From Thermococcus kodakarensis KOD1 (GTDB lineage Archaea > Methanobacteriota_B > Thermococci > Thermococcales > Thermococcaceae): DNA of 32,000 nucleotides. The stretch spans positions 1,950,001 to 1,982,000 of the forward strand of contig NC_006624.1 in NCBI RefSeq assembly GCF_000009965.1. The letters run 5' to 3'. Positions 25,069 to 32,000 of the stretch are shown in pieces. The notes under the pieces were generated by a model that made no database searches, had not been told where the DNA came from, and was given only the letters and a program-made list of their open reading frames with translations. How positions within the stretch are numbered: position 1 is the stretch's first letter; the number at the start of each line of letters is the position of its first letter. Made by a program: the position numbers and the translations under genes.

Positions 25069-26382
25069 ATGAAAGAAGCCCTCCAAAGGCTCCGGGAATA
25101 CTTTACCCGAACGACGGAAGGCAGGTATTTGGTAGTCGTTCTGGCCATGGCCCTTATCGTCTTCACCGCCGTGCTGGCCCTTCCCGTTAAGCTCATCGAG
25201 CCCGATGATGCGACCTACTACGCGGCGATGAAGGCCTTTGCCCAGGGAAAGCTCATAATAACCCGCTCTGAACTTATGGACTTCCAGAGGGAGATAATCG
25301 AGAAGGGGCTCGCCGTCGGGAACTTTAGAGCCATTCAGTACGTTAGCGTTGGCACAGGCTACGCCCTCGAAAAGGCTCCGGGGTATCCTTTCATCCTCGC
25401 CGCCTTCTACAGGCTCGGCATTGAAAGATTTGTGAACTTATTCTTCGGCCTCCTCGCGCTCATCGTGTTTTACCGGATGATGTCGAAGGCCTTCAGCCCG
25501 AGGACGGCCCTCTTTTCCTCGATAATCCTCCTCTCCAACGCCACCTTTTTGGCTATGTTCTACAGGATTTACATGTCCGACTTCGTCAGCATGGCCCTCG
25601 TGCTCATCGGCCTTGGCCTCTACTACCTCGGCCTTGAGGATGGGGACTGGAAAAAGGGAATCATCTCGAGCCTCTCGCTCGGGGCATCAGTGCTGGTCAG
25701 GTACACCAACGTCGTGGCATACGTTGCACTCGCCATCTACGTTCTCTGGCTTCTCCGGAAGGGCGAGAAGAGGGCGCTACGCTATTCCGCTATTGCCGTT
25801 GGAGCCTCCGTCCCGATGCTACTCGCTCTCATGGCATATAACTGGGCGGTTTTCGGGTCTCCGTTCACGGTTGGCTACTCAAAGACCATAGGCTACACGA
25901 ACTTCGCCTTCCAGTACATTTTAGCCGGTAAAGTCGGCGAAGGGCTGAGTCTAATATGGAGAAACCTCCTGACGCACCCGAAGCTCCTCTTCGAGGGCTT
26001 TCCGTCGCTCATACTTCTTCCTGCTGGAGCATACATCGCCAGGAGAAGTAAGATAACGCCGCTCCTGCTCCTCTGGTTCCTTGCTTACTTTGGCCTCTAC
26101 TTCCAGTACGAGTGGCTTAGAACGGGCCTCTACATCTTCATGACACGCTTCTACCTTCCGATGGCGCCGGCGGTGGCGGGCCTTGCGGGGATTGCAATAG
26201 AAAGGCTGATGGAGGGAGAAGATGGGAAGGCAGTTGCCCTGACTCTACTCGCCTTCATACTGCTCGTTGACATCTCCTCGCTCGCGGGCTTTTTCAGCTT
26301 CGCACTCTCGGGAGTAGGGGCCTTGGGAGGGAGGCCTACTTCAGTGCCAGGTAGAGGAGCACCGCCAGGGCCAGGGCGATGA
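25069..26382 (+). CDS. GT-C fold glycosyltransferase (PMT_2 / ArnT-like, family 39/83 type)
   Basis: ATG 25069 after GGGGTGAG (the track starts at GTG 25060). Ten or more TM helices. The first extracytoplasmic loop has IEPDDATYY (acidic DD/DE motif) and KAPGYPFILA. Confidence 0.6.
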   Translation: MKEALQRLREYFTRTTEGRYLVVVLAMALIVFTAVLALPVKLIEPDDATYYAAMKAFAQGKLIITRSELMDFQREIIEKGLAVGNFRAIQYVSVGTGYALEKAPGYPFILAAFYRLGIERFVNLFFGLLALIVFYRMMSKAFSPRTALFSSIILLSNATFLAMFYRIYMSDFVSMALVLIGLGLYYLGLEDGDWKKGIISSLSLGASVLVRYTNVVAYVALAIYVLWLLRKGEKRALRYSAIAVGASVPMLLALMAYNWAVFGSPFTVGYSKTIGYTNFAFQYILAGKVGEGLSLIWRNLLTHPKLLFEGFPSLILLPAGAYIARRSKITPLLLLWFLAYFGLYFQYEWLRTGLYIFMTRFYLPMAPAVAGLAGIAIERLMEGEDGKAVALTLLAFILLVDISSLAGFFSFALSGVGALGGRPTSVPGRGAPPGPGR

Positions 26383-26764
26383 AGAAGTCGGGAACCACGA
26401 GGACGGGCCCGGGGCCGATCGCCCTCGTGTGCCCCACCAGCCTGTGGAAGAGGGGGTTGGCAGTCACGGCGTACACGAGCAGGGCGGAGGTGGCCACCAT
26501 AAGGCCGAGAGTGAACTCTGAGCGGACCTTCCTGTAGAGGTTCCCGTATATCCAGAGGAGCACGATGCCGATCGCCGCACTCAAAGAAGTCAACCCCGCC
26601 TTTATGGCCGTGTAGAGCCTCGCGGTAGCAGGGTCAATCACGCAGGGGCTCTGGATTATCCTCTCCACCTCACCCGGGCCTGGAGGCCCAACGTACCTGT
26701 AGCCTAGAAAGGCCCCAATCAAACCTATGAGGATAACCGTGAGCACTATCAATACCTTTCTCAT
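26336..26764 (-). CDS. Four-TM membrane protein co-transcribed with the ArsR-type regulator
   Basis: 142 aa. Its start overlaps the regulator stop (ATGA at 26761-26764). No recognisable catalytic motif. Confidence 0.6.
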   Translation of the reverse strand: MRKVLIVLTVILIGLIGAFLGYRYVGPPGPGEVERIIQSPCVIDPATARLYTAIKAGLTSLSAAIGIVLLWIYGNLYRKVRSEFTLGLMVATSALLVYAVTANPLFHRLVGHTRAIGPGPVLVVPDFFIALALAVLLYLALK

Positions 26765-27069
26765 TTTTCTCCCTCCCCTATTTCCGTCTTAACTCTGCCC
26801 CAGATCTCCTCAAACTCCGAGTAATTATCGAGGAGAAGCTGGGAAAGGAAGTACATCCTTCCGTAGCGGTTCTCCGTAGAAGTGACAAGCCCGTTTTTCT
26901 GGAGGATATCGAGGTGATAGCGAACCGTGGTGTAGTTCAGACCGAGCCTTTTGGCGAGCTGTCTCGCGTTGGACGGCCTCTCCAGCAGTGCCGCAATTAT
27001 CCTCGCCCTGTTCAGTCCCCCTTCACTTCCCGCTATTAGCCACCAGAGCAGCTGCTTTACAGGGTTCAT
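26761..27069 (-). CDS. ArsR-family winged helix-turn-helix transcriptional regulator
   Basis: 102 aa. RARIIAALLERPSNARQLAKRLGLNYTTVRYHLDILQKNGLV is a canonical ArsR/SmtB HTH. A TATA-like CCTTTATATG (plus-strand 27093-27102) lies 24-33 nt upstream. Confidence 0.75.
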   Translation of the reverse strand: MNPVKQLLWWLIAGSEGGLNRARIIAALLERPSNARQLAKRLGLNYTTVRYHLDILQKNGLVTSTENRYGRMYFLSQLLLDNYSEFEEIWGRVKTEIGEGEK

Positions 27070-27183
27070 CTCAAAACCCCTTTGGCCGGGAGCATATAAA
27101 GGCTTTTCTAAGCCCAGAAAGACGTTAGATTTAGTATTATCTTGTAAATTCGGCCCTTAACCCCTGCGCGAACCTCTGCTCAT

Positions 27184-27765
27184 CTACCGAGTGGTGAAGA
27201 GAGCTTTCTCCAGCCTTTTGATACTTCCCTCAGCGTCGTCCTTATCGAACTCAATGTAAACCCACTCTGGAAACCTCGCCATCAGTATTTCGAAGAGTAT
27301 TCCGGGGAGAAGCTTCAGCTCGAAGTTCTGCTCTCTTACCAGCTCCTTTGAGCGCTTTAGCCTTTCCTCCTTGCTCAGGTAGAAAAACTCCTGCATTGCC
27401 CTGTAGGGATATTTATCCGGATTGCTGGAGCTGGTGTAGAAGACGCCGCAGGTGGGAGAGCCTTTAACGCCGACAAAGACTACCTTCTCCGGTTTTTCTT
27501 CAGTTAGAACGCGCCCAATGAAGTCCGCTATTATCTTAGCTCTTTCCCTCATGCCGAGCCTCTCGTAAACTTCCCTGCTGGCTGGAGCGCGCGGCCAGCC
27601 GACCAGCTCGTACTCGGGACAGGGATAAGCTAAAACCTGCCACTCGCCGCCGAGCCTTCCTATAAGCTCCCTCAGCCTTCTAGCCGTCTCGTACTCCTTC
27701 TCCTTCGGCCCGCGATAGACGTAGAAGGGGCTGAGCAGGCAGGGAGCTATGATGAGGAGTTTCAT
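27184..27765 (-). CDS. DUF523/TudS-like putative [4Fe-4S] protein (193 aa)
   Basis: Three Cys sit in DUF523-type contexts: IIAPCLLSP..YRG, AYPCPEYELVGWPRAP and VKGSPTCGV. Its start overlaps the upstream stop as ATGA (27762-27765). Confidence 0.55.
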   Translation of the reverse strand: MKLLIIAPCLLSPFYVYRGPKEKEYETARRLRELIGRLGGEWQVLAYPCPEYELVGWPRAPASREVYERLGMRERAKIIADFIGRVLTEEKPEKVVFVGVKGSPTCGVFYTSSSNPDKYPYRAMQEFFYLSKEERLKRSKELVREQNFELKLLPGILFEILMARFPEWVYIEFDKDDAEGSIKRLEKALFTTR

Positions 27766-28334
27766 CCCATTACCTCCGAAATTATCTCCTCAACCTTCTC
27801 CCTCAGCTCCTCCAGAGTCCCTTCGTTGACTATAACGTAGTCAGCGATATCCTTCAGTTTCGTCGTGTGGTACAGCTTTTCCTCTTCTTCGTCCATTTTC
27901 AAAAAGTCCTCAAAGCTCTGAATGACCCTGTCCTTCTCCGCTCTTCTTTTTCTTAATCTTTCGTACCTTATCTCTGGCCTTGCCTCCACGTAGATAACTT
28001 TTCCGCCGAGGCGTTTGATCGTTTCAACTTCTTCCCGCGAGCGAACGCCGTCGATGACGATGTTTTTGCAGTGTCTCTTCTTGTCAACCGCCAGGCGGAT
28101 GAGGATGTCTCCGCCGTACTTGTCCTTCAGGTACTTTCCAAACTCGATGAGCCTGTCGCGGGTTGGTTCGGCCTTCTTGGGCAGTTCGGGGATCCAGGAG
28201 TAGTCGGAGACGTTGTGAGTGAGCAGGTCTATCAGCGGGTCACTACAGGAAACCCTGCAGAAGCCCTTCTCCTCGAAGAACTTTGCAACAGTCGTTTTTC
28301 CGGCGGCTATCTTTCCAACGACGCCTATTATCAT
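27762..28334 (-). CDS. P-loop nucleoside/nucleotide kinase-like protein (CoaE/UPF0200-like, 190 aa)
   Basis: Start moved to ATG 28334, which forms an ATGA overlap with the upstream stop and follows GGAGGCGGGG. Walker A is GVVGKIAAGKTT. The lid-like region is RYERLRKRR. Confidence 0.7.
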   Translation of the reverse strand: MIIGVVGKIAAGKTTVAKFFEEKGFCRVSCSDPLIDLLTHNVSDYSWIPELPKKAEPTRDRLIEFGKYLKDKYGGDILIRLAVDKKRHCKNIVIDGVRSREEVETIKRLGGKVIYVEARPEIRYERLRKRRAEKDRVIQSFEDFLKMDEEEEKLYHTTKLKDIADYVIVNEGTLEELREKVEEIISEVMG

Positions 28335-29134
28335 CTTCCCCGCCTCCATGCGCGCCATATCAGGTTTGCACCATCCGTTGACTCCATGAGGCCCTCATAC
28401 GTTAGCCCGACAACAAAGTCAATAAGGGCGTTTTTGTCCACGATGGTCGGCCAGTCGAAGCCGAAGAGGTACTTCAGCTCGAAGAAGCCAATGTGGAGAA
28501 AGCGGAACGGGTTCAGGAGTGCTATATCACCCCTCCACGTGAGTCCGAACGGGAAGTCTGCAAGAACCAGCTCCGCTCCCTTCCCCTTGGCAATTTTAAC
28601 GAGCTTCTCTTCGTCTGGAAAGAACAATTCTCTGGGTTCTCCCTCAATGGGTTCATAGTTGAGCTTGGGAAACGCGTACTTCAGCCCAACGGCCTTGTAA
28701 GGTAATCCCAGCTTTTCGGCGAAACCAACAAGGGCCCTCGCGTTGAAGCTGAGGAATATGAGTGTGTTTAGTTCCCCCCTTACATCGGGCCACTCTCTCG
28801 GTGGAAACCTCTTTTCGGCCTCTATTATGGGTAGGAGGAACTCAAGCTTCGTTCCCTTAACGGCTTTTTCAGCCAGTTCCAGCTTTCTACGCTTTATTTC
28901 AAGGTCGAGGTTCGAATAGACCGTTACCTGTCCTACTCCCAGCCTCTCTCTCAGCTTCCCGATCACCAGGCTGTTGCCGATGATGACGCTCTTGTCCGTC
29001 CTGTCGTGGGCAATTATGAAGAGCTTGTCGTTTTTTTCGTCGTACCTTACCTCATCTATCCTGAACGGGCTGTCCGGAAGGCCATGTTCGCGCCTTATTT
29101 CTCTGACAAGCTTTTCAATGTCCTTAACTTCCAT
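28331..29134 (-). CDS. Conserved-looking hypothetical protein (267 aa), first gene of the three-gene operon
   Basis: Coding-like composition and ATGA coupling to the kinase-like gene. No motif I can assign. The central alpha/beta-like region (TLIFLSFNARALVGFAEKLGLPYKAVGL) lacks a PP-loop or P-loop. Confidence 0.55.
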   Translation of the reverse strand: MEVKDIEKLVREIRREHGLPDSPFRIDEVRYDEKNDKLFIIAHDRTDKSVIIGNSLVIGKLRERLGVGQVTVYSNLDLEIKRRKLELAEKAVKGTKLEFLLPIIEAEKRFPPREWPDVRGELNTLIFLSFNARALVGFAEKLGLPYKAVGLKYAFPKLNYEPIEGEPRELFFPDEEKLVKIAKGKGAELVLADFPFGLTWRGDIALLNPFRFLHIGFFELKYLFGFDWPTIVDKNALIDFVVGLTYEGLMESTDGANLIWRAWRRGR

Positions 29135-29186
29135 CGCACTTTGGTGGGACTCCTGGCTTATAAGCGGATTGTTCTATGTATGGAAC

Positions 29187-29202
29187 AAAAATTTAAAAAT
29201 TT
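29187..29202. promoter_or_regulatory. AT-rich element AAAAATTTAAAAATTT in a divergent spacer (candidate bidirectional TATA region)
   Basis: Lies 29 nt upstream of ATG 29231 (SD GGTGGTGGGGG) and 53 nt upstream of the minus-strand ATG at 29134. Confidence 0.35.
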
Positions 29203-29230
29203 GGGTACAAACTTGTAACGGTGGTGGGGG

Positions 29231-29854
29231 ATGAAAATCAGTTCAAAAGAAATCGCTATTATCGGTCTAATGCTGGCCCTTGCCCTCGCTCTGGACGTAA
29301 TGCCCGTCGAGATGCCGACAGTGTGGGGCATGAAAATAGACCTCGTTGCAGTTCCGATCATCGTTGCCTACTTCATCCTCGGCTTCTGGGGAGGATTGAT
29401 AGCCCTCGCCATGCTCTTCCTCGGTCTGAGCGTCGTATCCTCCGCGAGCTGGCTGGGTGCAATGATGAAGACCCTGGCGACGTTCGGTGTTCTCGTAGGC
29501 CTCGAAGTTGCCAGAAGGACACTGGGTTTCGATTATTCTGACAAGAAACGGCTCTTCGTGTTTGGGCTGGCTGCTTACATCGTTGGAATTCTCCTTAGAA
29601 TCCCACTGATGATAGCCCTCAACTACTACGTTGCACTCCCCATCTGGCTGGGTCTCCCCAGGGAGCAGGTTATCTCGGCGGTGGAAGACTGGACGGGTGT
29701 TCCCTTCTGGTTTGCAATAGCCCTTCCGAACGCCATCCAGAGTGTCATAGACGTCTTTATCAGCCTGCTGGTTACAGTACCAGTCCTCAAACGTGTTCCC
29801 CATGTGGTTGTGGAAACTTCTGAGCCGCAAAGAATAATAGAAAAAGAGCTATAG
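29231..29854 (+). CDS. Polytopic membrane protein, ECF-transporter S-component-like
   Basis: 207 aa with five to six TM helices. N-terminus SKEIAIIGLMLALALALDV.. resembles substrate-capture components of ECF transporters. The assignment is weak. Confidence 0.5.
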   Translation: MKISSKEIAIIGLMLALALALDVMPVEMPTVWGMKIDLVAVPIIVAYFILGFWGGLIALAMLFLGLSVVSSASWLGAMMKTLATFGVLVGLEVARRTLGFDYSDKKRLFVFGLAAYIVGILLRIPLMIALNYYVALPIWLGLPREQVISAVEDWTGVPFWFAIALPNAIQSVIDVFISLLVTVPVLKRVPHVVVETSEPQRIIEKEL

Positions 29855-30307
29855 GTTTTGGGCTATCTCGTCTTCATTTATCGTCCTCTCGCAGTAGTGG
29901 CAGCGGAGCTTGAGGGGTTCTCTGCTCTCTACGTGGAATCTCGGCGTAACGTACTCATGGTTGCTGACGCAGTTCGGGTTCGGGCACTTGAGGATTCCCG
30001 TTATCTCGTCGGGTATCTCGACGTTGAACTTCTCGATTATCTTGTAGTCCTTCACGATGTTCACAGTCGCCATCGGGGCTATGAGGGCTATTTTGTTCAC
30101 CTCTTCCTCGCTCAGGTACCTCCCCTCAACCTTGACGATGTCCTTTCTTCCGAGCTTCTTGCTGGGAACGTTCGATGCTATAAGGAGCGTTCCTCCGTTC
30201 GGCTTTGTCAGCCCGAGAATCTCGATGACCTTGAGCCACTTGCCCGCTGGAATGTGGTCTATAACGGTTCCCTCGGGGATTACCTCTATCTTAAGGTTCT
30301 CTGGCAT
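29849..30307 (-). CDS. pyrI: Aspartate carbamoyltransferase regulatory subunit
   Basis: 152 aa. GTVIDHIPAGK, and a C-terminal zinc domain CPNPNC...CHYC. Confidence 0.92.
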   Translation of the reverse strand: MPENLKIEVIPEGTVIDHIPAGKWLKVIEILGLTKPNGGTLLIASNVPSKKLGRKDIVKVEGRYLSEEEVNKIALIAPMATVNIVKDYKIIEKFNVEIPDEITGILKCPNPNCVSNHEYVTPRFHVESREPLKLRCHYCERTINEDEIAQNL

Positions 30308-30310
30308 TTT

Positions 30311-31276
<966 letters not shown>

Positions 31277-31311
31277 TTAAAGCTTTTTTGACATACACCT
31301 GACGACAATAA

Positions 31312-31321
31312 CGATTTAAAC
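31312..31321 (+). promoter_or_regulatory. TATA-like CGATTTAAAC for the HTH-ThiN gene
   Basis: Lies 38 nt upstream of ATG 31359. SD GGGTGAG at 31349-31355. Confidence 0.3.
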
Positions 31322-31358
31322 TTGATGCAGTTGAATAACCTGGTTGTAGGGTGAGAGC

Positions 31359-32000
31359 TATGAGGGTTCCAAGCGTCTATATAGCGGAGGAGCTTATGCC
31401 TTACCTTCGTGCGAGAGTTTCAAAAATCCTGTACTCTAAGGGCTTTACTCAGGCTCAGATAGCGGCCTGGCTTGGAACGACTCAGGCGATGGTGAGCAAG
31501 TACCTTTCTGGCAAAGTCAAAGCACCTCCGCGCGAAGTTGAAGAACTTCTCAATGTGCTTGCCGAGGAGATTGCCAGACTGATAGAGGAGGGTGCGGTGA
31601 AGGAGGAGCTTATCCTGTTCACAACGAGACGCATCATCGGCCTCTTCAGGGATAAAACGTTCTGCGAGCACTACTCCCGCTACGCTGGAGTCAGCACCGA
31701 AGTGTGCTCCCAGTTCTTCTCCTCAACGCCAGAAAAGGACGTCCTCTCCGAGCTGGGGATTGCATTGAGGGAGCTCCTTGCCCTTGAAGGGTTCGGCGAT
31801 CTCATCCCCGAAGTCAGGAGCAACTTTGCCTACGCCCTTCCTGGAGCTAAGAATCCCTCGGACGTCGCCTCAGTACCAGGGAGAATAACACTAGTCAAGG
31901 GCAGACCATTCGCTCTTCCACCCGAGTTTGGGGCGAGCAAGTTCACTGCAGGACTTCTCCTTGAGGTTATGAAGCGCAGACCTGGGATCAGGAGCGTTAT
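31359..32000 (+). CDS. N-terminal HTH (XRE-like) fused to a ThiN-type (thiamine-phosphate synthase-like) domain; partial, continues past the window end
   Basis: Absent from the track because it is open-ended. Translation: MRVPSVYIAEELMPYLRARVSKILYSKGFTQAQIAAWLGTTQAMVSKYLSGK (HTH), then ...IPEVRSNFAYALPGAKNPSDVASVPGRITLVKG, which matches my recollection of ThiN domains. Confidence 0.6.

Noticed and set aside
26336-26382. 47-nt convergent overlap between the GT-C glycosyltransferase ORF and the four-TM protein gene
   Set aside because: The last 15 codons of the + strand ORF are a low-complexity Gly/Pro/Arg tail lying antisense to a hydrophobic helix. This is probably a tolerated 3' overlap and not a feature of interest.

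Overview
The window looks like a Thermococcales (Thermococcus-like) chromosomal segment. Supporting signs are GGTGAT/GGAGGTGA Shine-Dalgarno motifs, frequent ATGA start/stop overlaps, AT-rich TATA-like elements about 30-40 nt upstream of starts, Glu/Lys/Ile/Arg-rich proteins, and a 713-aa membrane-anchored GH13 enzyme that resembles, from memory, the Thermococcus cyclodextrin glucanotransferase. No BLAST or HMM search was possible, so all calls rest on motifs read from the translations. Housekeeping genes I recognise: a secreted Lon-type S16 protease (partial), tldD plus pmbA/tldE, the GH13 CGTase-like gene with a perfect Thermococcales glycolytic motif over its start, a BtpA-family TIM-barrel protein, a phosphohexomutase (GlmM/PMM type), pyrB-pyrI, an ArsR-type regulator, a GT-C glycosyltransferase, and an HTH-ThiN fusion (partial). 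About half of the window is an accessory, cell-envelope-oriented region. (1) A minus-strand block (7469-15046) encodes a 1256-aa exported multidomain protein: lamin-tail-like domain, two CARDB-like modules, Asp-rich Ca-type loops, and a C-terminal HELGH..DEY metallopeptidase-like domain. It is translationally coupled to four tandem paralogous genes for N-terminally anchored proteins. Two of these are decayed, one by two frameshifts and one by an in-frame TGA. The block also shows a duplicated 23-nt junction relic and a sharp drop in G+C that begins inside the large ORF. This is my best candidate for an undescribed system. (2) A plus-strand five-gene cluster (16264-21760) encodes exported proteins of unknown function. 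One carries nine DxDxDG loops, and its C-terminal membrane anchor is cut off by a frameshift at a G6 run. (3) A three-gene ATGA-coupled operon (27184-29134) encodes an unknown protein, a P-loop kinase-like protein and a DUF523/TudS-like protein, next to pyrBI. I found no rRNA, tRNA, CRISPR array, transposase or integrase. Many long ORFs in the track are antisense artefacts of GC-rich codon usage and were rejected.
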